Shown here: positions 26,881 through 36,259 of the stretch, in pieces
Layout of the letters: each line of letters opens with the position of its first letter
How positions within the stretch are numbered: position 1 is the first letter of the stretch
Assembly: GCA_964544145.1 (NCBI GenBank)
Contig: CAZJAT010000005.1
Span: 19,882 to 83,881, forward strand
Direction of reading: 5' to 3'
DNA length: 64,000 nucleotides
DNA from: an uncultured Bacteroidales bacterium
GTDB lineage: Bacteria > Hydrothermota > 32-111
Notes under the pieces: model-generated
Seen by the model: the letters and a program-made list of their open reading frames with translations, nothing else
Told to the model about the DNA's origin: nothing
Database searches by the model: none
Program-made: the position numbers and the translations under genes

Positions 26881-29580
26881 ATGGAAAGGAAATTTCTATT
26901 AATTATAATGTTTTTGTTTACTGCAGCATTCTGCATCAGCGGATTTGACATGAGCGGGCTTTTTAACAATGAATATGCAAATTCAATGCCTGATACTGCA
27001 ACTAATTTACAGATTCATACATTCACAAATTATTATCCCGTTGATTCTGATATCCTTATGTTTCTATATGCCAGAAGAGGAAATGGTGTTACAGATACAA
27101 TGTACTCAGGAACGGGCTTTGTTAAAGTGTTTGAAGAACTCAGAGACAGTTCATTTACGGCATTTCTTTTCGGACCAGAAGATTTTTATCCTATTATCAA
27201 CAATGGCGAAAGTTTTTTCTACTTCAGTAATTCTGATACTGAACTTGTATCAATAAGAATTGAAGATTCACTAAATATTATTAAACCGTCATTTCACACT
27301 AACATTCAATTCAGGTTAAAATCAGATACTGCGACTCAATTAGCAGGTATTGATGATACATTGATGACCATTGATATGCCATTACAGTTGTTTATCAGAT
27401 TTGAGGATGACAGTGAAAGAATCTTTTTTGATTATGCTCCTATAATGAGTGACAGTACAATGAAGGTGACTGTTGTAAGCAATGAGGACTCTACTGTTAC
27501 ATTATCATCATTGGGTTCAACATCACATTCGGAGATTTATCCCATGCTTGTCAATGGAGGATATATTGTGCAGATAGCATCTAGCATAGTTAGAGATTTT
27601 GATATAATCTTTGAACCATTATTGACCAGTCCTCCTTTAAATGCAGATACATTTCATTTTGTGTGTTTGCCTCAATCCGAATCGCCTCTGCTTATGACAT
27701 TTTCATTCACAGGATATAATCAGACAATTGGCAAGGAAAAGGGTCTCATTATGCTTAATATGGGTGATAATGGTCCTATTTCATCGAATAATTCATCAAT
27801 ACTAAATGGTGAACTTTATGATTTAACAGGTAAAGGCGGTATCTTATCCCCTCTTTCAGCTGTAACAATGACATCCGGTATTGCTCAATATGCTATTAAC
27901 TGTGATTCTGTAAATGAATGTCTTGTATTGAAAACAGAGGAAAGTGGATTGCCTGATTTAGTGAATTATACACCATTTGTGACAGTTAAATTTCTTCCGC
28001 TTGGTGAAGCTGTAATGTCAAAGGCAATTGTACAGGCAATTGCTGAAATAGGTGATACCATCACAGGTAAATTATATATAAGTGATGCATATGAAACAGT
28101 GGATAGTTCTTATAATGGGTATGCGGAATTTGATGTAAATATTAATGATTACAGTATACTTGACCCAATTATTCCTGTATATGATGATTATATACCGATT
28201 ATTAATGGATATGGTGATTTTAGAATTTACTATCCATATGCTGGATCTACAAGTGTGACATATCTGGATGGGGAAAAAGGCGGATTTACAGATGCATATT
28301 TCTCTGCAAATGGTTTTGACGGTGAAGAGATATCAATTATATGGATGTATGCAACAGATTCAGGGTGTGACAGATTTGAGATGTATGAGGATGAAGTTAT
28401 TTATGCTGTAGGTAACAAGGCAATAATAACTGTTGCAGCTATGAGTGGAGATTCAATAAGCAGAAATTACAATAATTATGCTGATATTTCTCTATCAGGA
28501 ACTGCGGTATCCGAAATTGATTCTGTTTATTTGGGAAGCGATGGTATAGGTTTATTCAGTGTAATTGATACTTCATCAGGTGCTGTTTATATTACTGTTA
28601 GTGACAGCATATATTCTGTAACAGATACCATTTACTTCAGTGACAGTGATGAAGCTGCATTTATTGTTTGTGCCGGACCTGATACATCTTTAATGAATGA
28701 GGATTATGATATCACATTTTTTGCTATGACCACTGATTTCAGAAATGATACAATGTATAATGGTACTATGACATTGATGATTAATGATGATAAAGGCGAT
28801 ACGAGCAGCCTGTCTCTGTCTCATAATCCCGATGCAGTATCAATAGTCAAAGGAAAGGCTATTGTCACTTTTTCTAATTCAGATGCTGAAAGGATAAGTT
28901 TTGATGGATACAGTGTTTCCGGGTCCGATACAATATTGGTTGAAGCAAAGGAATTAATTGCACAATATCTATTTTATGTTGATGAAAAAACTGTTATTAA
29001 TGAGATAGAAGATACACTGTTTGTGCATATTGCAGATGCGGATAGTATTATTGAGTCGTATAATACTGTAATTGACAGTATCTATGTAGAAGAAGAATTT
29101 GATAATACATCTGTAAGCATAACAAGCACTTATAATCCTATTACAGTAAACAATGGTACCGGATTTATCGCAATAAGCGATACTGAGAGTGAAAATGTGA
29201 AGATATATGCAGAATACGATGATACACTTATTAATGGAAACAATATTTACAGGATGATATTTGACCTATCCTCATTAACAGGGATAAAAAACCGGTCATT
29301 GATACCTGAAGTATCCTATTTAGAATCATCTATTTTAAATAGAGATTTTGTTCCTGTAAAATTCGGCATTGCAAAGGATTCCTACGCAAATTTAAGTATA
29401 TATGATAAGACGGGCCGCATGATAAAAAATCTATATAAGGATTATTTGAGCAGGGGACATTATATGGTTAAATGGAATGGTAATGATTCAAATAATAATT
29501 CTGTCCCCAATGGAATATATTTTATGATACTTAATATTGATAATGACATTTTGTCAAAAAAGATTATTATTACAAGATAA
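26881..29580 (+). CDS. Large secreted protein with a type IX secretion system C-terminal sorting domain (Por_Secre_tail-like); function unknown
   Basis: Signal peptide MERKFLLIIMFLFTAAFCISG. The last ~80 aa (NLSIYDKTGRMIKNLYKDYLSRGHYMVKWNGNDSNNNSVPNGIYFMILNIDNDILSKKIIITR) match the T9SS CTD pattern. The body is Ser/Thr/Asp-rich and beta-like. Confidence 0.65.
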   Translation: MERKFLLIIMFLFTAAFCISGFDMSGLFNNEYANSMPDTATNLQIHTFTNYYPVDSDILMFLYARRGNGVTDTMYSGTGFVKVFEELRDSSFTAFLFGPEDFYPIINNGESFFYFSNSDTELVSIRIEDSLNIIKPSFHTNIQFRLKSDTATQLAGIDDTLMTIDMPLQLFIRFEDDSERIFFDYAPIMSDSTMKVTVVSNEDSTVTLSSLGSTSHSEIYPMLVNGGYIVQIASSIVRDFDIIFEPLLTSPPLNADTFHFVCLPQSESPLLMTFSFTGYNQTIGKEKGLIMLNMGDNGPISSNNSSILNGELYDLTGKGGILSPLSAVTMTSGIAQYAINCDSVNECLVLKTEESGLPDLVNYTPFVTVKFLPLGEAVMSKAIVQAIAEIGDTITGKLYISDAYETVDSSYNGYAEFDVNINDYSILDPIIPVYDDYIPIINGYGDFRIYYPYAGSTSVTYLDGEKGGFTDAYFSANGFDGEEISIIWMYATDSGCDRFEMYEDEVIYAVGNKAIITVAAMSGDSISRNYNNYADISLSGTAVSEIDSVYLGSDGIGLFSVIDTSSGAVYITVSDSIYSVTDTIYFSDSDEAAFIVCAGPDTSLMNEDYDITFFAMTTDFRNDTMYNGTMTLMINDDKGDTSSLSLSHNPDAVSIVKGKAIVTFSNSDAERISFDGYSVSGSDTILVEAKELIAQYLFYVDEKTVINEIEDTLFVHIADADSIIESYNTVIDSIYVEEEFDNTSVSITSTYNPITVNNGTGFIAISDTESENVKIYAEYDDTLINGNNIYRMIFDLSSLTGIKNRSLIPEVSYLESSILNRDFVPVKFGIAKDSYANLSIYDKTGRMIKNLYKDYLSRGHYMVKWNGNDSNNNSVPNGIYFMILNIDNDILSKKIIITR

Positions 29581-29612
29581 AGGGGCTTTTCCCCCTTTAT
29601 CAAGGGGGTTGT
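29581..29612 (+). terminator. Terminator-like hairpin (GGGGC-TTTT-CCCC plus T-run) with an overlapping alternative hairpin (CCCCCTT...AAGGGGG) that would sequester the sixA SD
   Basis: AAAGGGGCTTTTCCCCCTTTAT directly after the stop; the second inverted repeat CCCCCTTTATCAAGGGGG ends 4 nt before the sixA ATG. Confidence 0.45.
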
Positions 29613-30077
29613 ATGAAAGTATATATTGCAAGGCATGGTGAAGCATTGAGTAGTAGTGTTAATAAGGAGAAGCCTTTATCACTGATTGGCAGGGAAGAGA
29701 CTGAGAAAATTGCATGTTTCATAAGATTACATCTGTCTGTACAGATTAAGAAAATAATCTCTTCACCAAAAGCAAGAGCATTTGAAACAGCTGAAATCTT
29801 TGCTGAATTTTTAAAACCCGAACATGGTATAAAAATTGAAAAGCGCTTGCTACCTGACATGACTGCATCTGATAATTATGAAGATTTAATGGATGAAGAC
29901 GATGATTTTATGATTATAGGCCATAGACCCTATCTGGATTCAATTATTGCTCTACTGACTGTCAATGAAGAGTGTGATTTTATTGATATTGGAAACAGTA
30001 CTGTTATATGTTTGGAAGGGAATATGGATAAGGGATTCAATATTCAATGGATTCTAAGACCAGAGTTAATAAGATGA
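29613..30077 (+). CDS. sixA: Phosphohistidine phosphatase SixA (histidine phosphatase superfamily)
   Basis: VYIARHGEA with the RHG catalytic motif at the N-terminus, 154 aa, internal His in IGHRP. Confidence 0.7.
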   Translation: MKVYIARHGEALSSSVNKEKPLSLIGREETEKIACFIRLHLSVQIKKIISSPKARAFETAEIFAEFLKPEHGIKIEKRLLPDMTASDNYEDLMDEDDDFMIIGHRPYLDSIIALLTVNEECDFIDIGNSTVICLEGNMDKGFNIQWILRPELIR

Positions 30078-30082
30078 AAAAA

Positions 30083-31339
30083 TTAATTCTCAATATTCCC
30101 TCTTAATTTTTTAAAGTATTCTATACGTTTCTTCATCTCACGCTCAAATCCGCGCTCAACTGGTTTATAATACTCATGCTCAGGCATATTATCTGGAAAG
30201 TATTTTTCATCCACATAAGAATTTTCAAAATCAGGAGGGTATTTATAATTCTCCCCGTACTGCAAATCCTTCATTAAATCAGTTGGTGCATTTCTGAATT
30301 TGAGTGGAACAGGGGCATTGGAATAATGATCAGAATCTTTTAATGCATCTTTATATGCATTATATACACTGACGGATTTGGGGGCTAATGACAGATATAT
30401 AACACACTGAGCCAATGCAAGTTCACCCTCAGGACTACCCAATATCTCGTATGCTTTATATGCATTAATAGCTACACCAAGGGCATTGAAATCAGCATTT
30501 CCAATATCCTCGGAAGCAATACGTATTAATCTTCTCCCAATATACAGAGGATTTTCCCCTCCATTTAGCATGCGGGCAAAATAGTAAAGTGATGCATTTA
30601 CATCTGAACCCCGAACAGCTTTATGCATAGCTGAAATAAGATTAAAATGTTCCTCTCCTGATTTATCATATGGCACGAATTTTCTGTTTAACACTTTTTT
30701 TAGATCATCAGAAGTATTTATTGTCTTAAATTTAGAAGCTGTTTCTACAATATTTATTGCCTGTCTTGCATCATAATTGGAATACTTGATTATTGTATCT
30801 ACAATTTCTTTCTTGAAGGATATGCCGAGTTTGTCCAATGCTTTTTTAATTAGTATGTCCAAGTCATCATAAGATAATTGTTCAAATACAACAACTGTCA
30901 TACGTGACAATAATGCATTATTTATTTCAAATGACGGGTTTTCAGTTGTTGTGCCAATCAGTTGTATGCTTCCATTTTCTACAAATGGCAGCAAAGCATC
31001 CTGCTGAGCTTTATTCATTCTATGTATTTCATCAATGATAATGTATAAAGGAGTTCCTTTGGATTCAGCTGCAATTTTCTTAAATACAGTTGTTGAGAAA
31101 GAAACGCCATTAATCGCCATTACAGGCATATTAAAGTGATGAGAGATAATATTAGCTAATGTAGTTTTACCTGAACCGGGGGGACCAAAAAATAACAGTG
31201 AAACGGGTTTGCTGCTGTCAAGTATACCGCTAATGATACCATTATGCCCCAAGAGTTTTTTCTGACCCAAAAAATCATTAATATTCTTAGGTCTCAGTTG
31301 TTCGGCGAGAGGTATGAATTCAGTATCCATAGTCTTCAT
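30083..31339 (-). CDS. rarA: Replication-associated recombination protein A (RarA/MgsA AAA+ ATPase)
   Basis: Walker A GPPGSGKTTLANII, Walker B IIIDEIHR, 418 aa with the C-terminal MgsA helical domain. Confidence 0.88.
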   Translation of the reverse strand: MKTMDTEFIPLAEQLRPKNINDFLGQKKLLGHNGIISGILDSSKPVSLLFFGPPGSGKTTLANIISHHFNMPVMAINGVSFSTTVFKKIAAESKGTPLYIIIDEIHRMNKAQQDALLPFVENGSIQLIGTTTENPSFEINNALLSRMTVVVFEQLSYDDLDILIKKALDKLGISFKKEIVDTIIKYSNYDARQAINIVETASKFKTINTSDDLKKVLNRKFVPYDKSGEEHFNLISAMHKAVRGSDVNASLYYFARMLNGGENPLYIGRRLIRIASEDIGNADFNALGVAINAYKAYEILGSPEGELALAQCVIYLSLAPKSVSVYNAYKDALKDSDHYSNAPVPLKFRNAPTDLMKDLQYGENYKYPPDFENSYVDEKYFPDNMPEHEYYKPVERGFEREMKKRIEYFKKLRGNIEN

Positions 31340-31958
31340 CTATTAAACAGACTGTAATTCTGTTATGCGGGTAGCACATACGCGTAATTACAGTAACATA
31401 GCATATAGTATCATTGTGCTCGCAATCAATACAATGTCCCGTTGTGATGCATGGGGTTTTTAAATTAAACCGTTCACAATTTTTCACAGCTGCAGTATTT
31501 TTTGCTCTCTCAATGGCATCATTTAAATTATTTCTAATCTTTTTAACAGATGAAACAAGAATGACCTCTTTAGGTCCGAATGTTATGGCGCCGACTCTAT
31601 TTCCCCTCTTGTCAATATTGACAATGATACCGTCGCTTGAGATTGCATTTATACCTGCAAAATATAAATCTGCCTGAAGCGCCATTCTTTCTGAAGATAA
31701 TTTTGATTCTTCATTATCAGCAATTCGCTCAATATATTTTTCTGCGTGGGCAATAATACGATCTTTAAGTCCTGACTGTTGTAATGTCATTGAACCGCCA
31801 AAGGCGATTGTTCTGTTAATCTTTATTTTCTTTGATAGATACTCAAAACACTCATCAACACTATTAAAAAAATCTGCATTGAAATGATGTTTTCTCAGAT
31901 TTTCAATTGTGAGTTCTACTATTCTATCCAATATAATATTCTCCTGCAGTTGGGGCAA
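31320..31958 (-). CDS. LUD-domain protein (LutC/YkgG-like, DUF162) with a C-terminal Cys-rich tail
   Basis: ADLYFAGINAISSDGIIVNIDKRGNRVGAITFGPKEVILVSS resembles the LutC core; C-terminal C..GHC.DC...C....C. Confidence 0.4.
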   Translation of the reverse strand: MPQLQENIILDRIVELTIENLRKHHFNADFFNSVDECFEYLSKKIKINRTIAFGGSMTLQQSGLKDRIIAHAEKYIERIADNEESKLSSERMALQADLYFAGINAISSDGIIVNIDKRGNRVGAITFGPKEVILVSSVKKIRNNLNDAIERAKNTAAVKNCERFNLKTPCITTGHCIDCEHNDTICYVTVITRMCYPHNRITVCLIDEDYGY

Positions 31959-32275
31959 TGTATTATCTTTTCATTTTTATTTTCAATGCTTATAAACTCT
32001 GTGGGTAATTTCGTAAAGCATCCATAACAGACATCCTCGCTTGCCTGCGAAACAGCACGGAATTTATATCTTTTTAGGATTTTATCATATTCGGCCAGAA
32101 TAACCGGATCAATTTTCTTTCTAATGTCGTTTTTTAAATTTTCTATTTCCTTTTCTTTTGCATGCAGTTTAAATCCTATTTCCTCTTCTTTCAGTTTAAC
32201 GCGCCCCATATCCATTTCTGATAATTGAGTGTCTAAATCAGATAATTGCACTAATAATGCCAGCTGCTTATTCAT
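31919..32275 (-). CDS. Coiled-coil protein with C-terminal C4 zinc ribbon
   Basis: CYGC...HCPNC; N-terminal heptad-like region LSDLDTQLSEMDMGRVKLKEEE. Confidence 0.4.
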   Translation of the reverse strand: MNKQLALLVQLSDLDTQLSEMDMGRVKLKEEEIGFKLHAKEKEIENLKNDIRKKIDPVILAEYDKILKRYKFRAVSQASEDVCYGCFTKLPTEFISIENKNEKIIHCPNCRRILYWIE

Positions 32276-32739
32276 AATATGTCCTCCATATTCTCTTCAA
32301 TTGATTTTATCATTTCAATAAATTCCCCAGTTGATCCAACCTTCAGATAATTTTTGTTTTTTGTCAGTTCCTTTGACAGGGCAGCTATTTTACCCAGTAA
32401 AATCAAATACTGATTTGCTTCATCAAGGGGGGGGGCTATTATCAGGAACACAATGTGTACAGGTTTACCGTCCATTGCCTCATATTCTATCCCCTTTTTT
32501 GATATACCAATGAACAATTTTAATTCCTCCAAGATAAGTGATCTGGAGTGTGGTATTGCTATACCTTTACCTATTCCGGTAGTTCCCAAAACCTCTCTTT
32601 GTTTCAATGAGCAGAATATGAGATTCTTTTTTTCATCACTGAAATCTGTTTTATCAAGAATTTCCTTGAATAACTTTTCTTTGGTTTTACTTTTTAAGTT
32701 CATTATTATATGTTCATTCCTGATAAATCGTGTTATCAT
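32272..32739 (-). CDS. ptsN: PTS EIIA type-2 domain protein, nitrogen-regulatory EIIA-Ntr (PtsN)-like
   Basis: 155 aa; GKGIAIPHSR contains the phosphorylatable His; FIGISKKGIEY and HIVFLIIAPP blocks. Confidence 0.65.
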   Translation of the reverse strand: MITRFIRNEHIIMNLKSKTKEKLFKEILDKTDFSDEKKNLIFCSLKQREVLGTTGIGKGIAIPHSRSLILEELKLFIGISKKGIEYEAMDGKPVHIVFLIIAPPLDEANQYLILLGKIAALSKELTKNKNYLKVGSTGEFIEMIKSIEENMEDIL

Positions 32740-32747
32740 CGGTCCTC

Positions 32748-33839
32748 CTATAAAGTTATTGGAAAATTCGCACTGATTTGATATGTTAATCCTCCCTTCA
32801 TATATTGATCGGGAGTACCTGAAAATGCAATATCAATTCTGTATCCGCTCATATCGTAACCAATACCCATGGCCAAGCTCACTGCCTCAAGACCGTAAAA
32901 CTCCTTTAATTGAGCCCCGCACCTTATAGAAGGGCTTCCGCTTAAAAGTGATTCTATAAAAGTACCGTCATTAATCTGGCGTTTAATTGTATATTCAATG
33001 CCTGCTTTATACACATATGGTTTATTCGATTGCAAAATTTTATCTACATCAATTGTGATAAACAGTGATTCCATTGCAAGAAAAGATAATCCGGCAGTTG
33101 CTGAAAATGGAATAATCTGCCTGTCATATGAAATGTCATGACCGCTTTTGCTGTCACCTGACCAATATATATGAGTAATAATGTTTTTTAAAGAAAGTCC
33201 CGCTGTCAAACCATTTATTGTGTACAGAAAACCTGCGTCCAAACCATAACCATGGCCATTGGATATATCTGAAAAAGCACTGTCTATCTGTGAAGAATCC
33301 GATGGGTCAGTAAATAAACTTGTTTCAGCGAATCGGCCATTGAGATATTTCAGATTAATACCGAAGAAAACAGGTACATCATACATTGCACCTGCTCCCG
33401 TAAATGTAGTTAGTGTGAGAATATATTCATCAAGGTGCACATCAAAGTCCCTGATTATCATTTCATTTGGGAAATATCTATCTGAGTAAGACACTGAATA
33501 TAGTGGATGGTATGATATACCGCCTTGAAACCCCATTAAAGACATAAATGAAATATGCTTACCATAGATAGAAGGATCTAATTCAAGCAATCGGCTCAAA
33601 TCACTGTTATTTTCATTCGCAAATGATATGTGAAACACATTATTTATAAGAGTAGCAGCCGCAGCGGGATTCCAGAATGCCGCTGCTGGATTATTTGTTA
33701 CAGCAGTACCTGCATCTGCAAGCCCTTTAATCCTGGCAGACGGCTGAGATGAAGGGTATGTTTCAGGTAGTGGAACTTCTAAAGCATAAATAGTAGTAAA
33801 CAATAATCCGAATAATACTAGATTAAATAATTTCATCAA
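32748..33839 (-). CDS. Outer-membrane beta-barrel protein, FadL/TodX/PorV-like
   Basis: Signal peptide MMKLFNLVLFGLLFTTIYA; motif KGLADAGTAVTNNPAAAFWNPAAAA resembles the FadL/PorV N-terminal signature; aromatic-rich strands. Confidence 0.45.
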   Translation of the reverse strand: MMKLFNLVLFGLLFTTIYALEVPLPETYPSSQPSARIKGLADAGTAVTNNPAAAFWNPAAAATLINNVFHISFANENNSDLSRLLELDPSIYGKHISFMSLMGFQGGISYHPLYSVSYSDRYFPNEMIIRDFDVHLDEYILTLTTFTGAGAMYDVPVFFGINLKYLNGRFAETSLFTDPSDSSQIDSAFSDISNGHGYGLDAGFLYTINGLTAGLSLKNIITHIYWSGDSKSGHDISYDRQIIPFSATAGLSFLAMESLFITIDVDKILQSNKPYVYKAGIEYTIKRQINDGTFIESLLSGSPSIRCGAQLKEFYGLEAVSLAMGIGYDMSGYRIDIAFSGTPDQYMKGGLTYQISANFPITL

Positions 33840-34909
33840 TACTCCATAATTGTTTCTTCATTATTAATTACTCTTAATGCACCTAATACCAATGCGAGTA
33901 TTTCATCCTCCCCGGGATATATATGTATATCACCCAGGAATGAGATATGATCAAATATCATATCTGTTAATAAGTCATTATAAGCAATGCCACCTGTTAT
34001 AATAATTGCATCAATATTACCTTTTAGAACAGCAGCCATAGCTCCTGCATATTTTGATACTTGATACATCATTGCACGTAATACCAGCTCAGCATGTTTA
34101 TTCCCTGAATTCATAAGTTCAATTGCTTCCGGAACTGAATCAGTTCGTAAATAGGAATACATTCCTCCCTGTTTTGTCAGGAGGTTTTTCATTTCATCTG
34201 CTGTAAATTTGCCGCTATAGCAGAGTTTCATCAATTGTGTAACAGGTAATCCTGCTGCTCTCTGCGGGGAAAAAGGACCTTCATCATTTGCATTATTAAC
34301 ATCAATCATTAAACCGTTTTTATGAGCAGATACAGAAATACCGGTTCCAAGGTGAATTATTATCAATGAAGAGGTATTGTAATTATTATCATTCTCCTTA
34401 GCCCATTTTTTCCCTACCATTTTCATATTCAATGCATGGGAGAGCGATTTGCGCTCAATAAGATTTAATCCTGAAATGCGGGACACGTCTTCAAATTCAT
34501 CGACTGATACAGGATCAACAATGAATTTTAATTTGTCCCCAGCAAGTTTGTCAGCAATCAAACATCCTAAATTAGAAACATGGTCAGCAAGCACATTCCC
34601 TGACAATACGTCATTTATCATTTTAGTGTTAATAGCATATGTGCCGGACTTTAATGGTTTAAATGGTCCACCTCTTGCAACAAATACATCAATATCATCA
34701 ATTGATATATTATTATCCTTTAATGTACTTAGTATTATTTTGATGCGCATATCGAGCTGATCTGTTGTTGTCTTAAAATTCTGTATATCATCTTTGTAAT
34801 GTTCTACACTTTTGCTGAATATCTCATCTTCATTATCATATAATCCGATTTTTGATGATGTTGCTCCAGGATTAATTGCTAGAATTTTCATAATATTCTT
34901 CTCCATCAA
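33836..34909 (-). CDS. buk: Butyrate kinase (ASKHA superfamily acyl-kinase)
   Basis: MKILAINPGATSSKIGLY, IIHLGTGISVSAHKNG, GGIAYN...; 357 aa; no adjacent ptb. Confidence 0.85.
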   Translation of the reverse strand: MMEKNIMKILAINPGATSSKIGLYDNEDEIFSKSVEHYKDDIQNFKTTTDQLDMRIKIILSTLKDNNISIDDIDVFVARGGPFKPLKSGTYAINTKMINDVLSGNVLADHVSNLGCLIADKLAGDKLKFIVDPVSVDEFEDVSRISGLNLIERKSLSHALNMKMVGKKWAKENDNNYNTSSLIIIHLGTGISVSAHKNGLMIDVNNANDEGPFSPQRAAGLPVTQLMKLCYSGKFTADEMKNLLTKQGGMYSYLRTDSVPEAIELMNSGNKHAELVLRAMMYQVSKYAGAMAAVLKGNIDAIIITGGIAYNDLLTDMIFDHISFLGDIHIYPGEDEILALVLGALRVINNEETIMEY

Positions 34910-36247
34910 TTATTGGTTACTGTTATTATTATTATTATTATTATTATTTATTGTTTCATTATTGGCCGAATGATCATTTGTTTCAGGGATTGTATTGAAT
35001 TTATTTTTATTGATAGGTTTATCCTCTGTATTACTGCCTGTGTTGTGATGCTCCGAATCAGGTTTAATATTGTTTTTAATGTTCATTCTTAACCGGCTCA
35101 TTTCAACTATCTTGATGGCTTTCATAACCGTATGCATGTCAATCATTATATTATTATACTGCATTATGCCTGTTCCCTGATCCTTTGTTTCTTTATATAA
35201 TGCAACAATCTCCTTCGCTATATTCAGCTCTTCCGGATGTGGCGAAAATATATCATGAATGATATTTATATGTGAAGGATTTGACAATAATTTGCCGTCA
35301 AACCCCATAGCCTTGATGCGCCTACAAATCTTTTTAAAGCCTTCAATGTCTTCTGTGCCGCTGTATATGCAGTCCAATGCCTGCTTACTGAAGCTTTTAG
35401 CAGCATTAATAAGGGTTTTACGTGCATGATCTAATTCATATTCTCTGTCAGTAACTCTTATTCCAAGTGAAGCAGCATAATTGTCGGCCCCTAAAGCAAG
35501 CATTATAACTCTGTCATTTGAATTAGCAATCTCATAAGATTTTTCAATTCCTTTAGCACTTTCTATTATTGGTATTATCTTTACATAATTATGTTTCATT
35601 TGATACTTTTTTTCTGTTTTTTCTATTATGTCAGCAACTTTTTTTACATCATATTCACTCTCACATTTAGGGATTAATATACCATCAGGTTCAGACTGGA
35701 GAATTTCCTCAATATCTTCATTGCCGCATATATCCAATGTATTTATTCTGACCATTTTTTCAGAACTTCCAAAATCAATTGACTGCAGGGCATTTTTTAC
35801 AAGAATTCGTGCACTATCCTTTTCTTTAATAGAAACTGTGCTTTCCAAATCAAAAATTATACAATCAGGATTATATTTCACGATATTACTCATAAGATAG
35901 GGATTGTTCCCTGTTATTAATACGCAGCTGCGTCTTAATCGGTACTTATAATAGGGCTTTTCCATATAATACTTTTTTTCCATTTCCTGTGATGCTTTCA
36001 TTATCGCGGATTCCACTCTTGCCTTTACGACAAACTCAGCAGCACTATTATCAAGAATATCGAACTTAGCATTTATAATTCCATACATATTAATTATTGC
36101 ATTTATAGTTTCGGCAATTCTACTGTAAGCTGATTCACCTTCAATAGATGAAATATTTACTGTTAAGCCGCCTGATGATGGTTCAACAGAGACCCTGATA
36201 TCACCTTTCTCATTATTTCCTGTTACGGCTTTTCTTTTAATTTCCAT
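34910..36247 (-). CDS. Fusion of a citrate-lyase acyl-carrier (CitD-like, prosthetic-group Ser replaced by Lys) with a citrate lyase beta/citryl-CoA lyase (CitE, HpcH/HpaI family) domain; poly-Asn C-terminal tail
   Basis: N-terminal KAVTGNNEKGDIRVSVEPSSGGLTVNISS (cf. CitD AVAGTLESGDVMIRIAP...LQINSS). Then RRSCVLITGNNP...IIFDLESTV...ARILV...GFDGKLL collinear with CitE. Tail NNETINNNNNNNNNSNQ. Confidence 0.75.
   Translation of the reverse strand: MEIKRKAVTGNNEKGDIRVSVEPSSGGLTVNISSIEGESAYSRIAETINAIINMYGIINAKFDILDNSAAEFVVKARVESAIMKASQEMEKKYYMEKPYYKYRLRRSCVLITGNNPYLMSNIVKYNPDCIIFDLESTVSIKEKDSARILVKNALQSIDFGSSEKMVRINTLDICGNEDIEEILQSEPDGILIPKCESEYDVKKVADIIEKTEKKYQMKHNYVKIIPIIESAKGIEKSYEIANSNDRVIMLALGADNYAASLGIRVTDREYELDHARKTLINAAKSFSKQALDCIYSGTEDIEGFKKICRRIKAMGFDGKLLSNPSHINIIHDIFSPHPEELNIAKEIVALYKETKDQGTGIMQYNNIMIDMHTVMKAIKIVEMSRLRMNIKNNIKPDSEHHNTGSNTEDKPINKNKFNTIPETNDHSANNETINNNNNNNNNSNQ
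34919..34947. repeat. Trinucleotide microsatellite (TTA)8-9 (AAT on the coding strand) encoding the poly-Asn tail of the CitDE fusion
   Basis: ttattattattattattattattatt run at ~34921-34944, directly seen. Confidence 0.8.
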
Positions 36248-36259
36248 TAAGTCCTCCTT

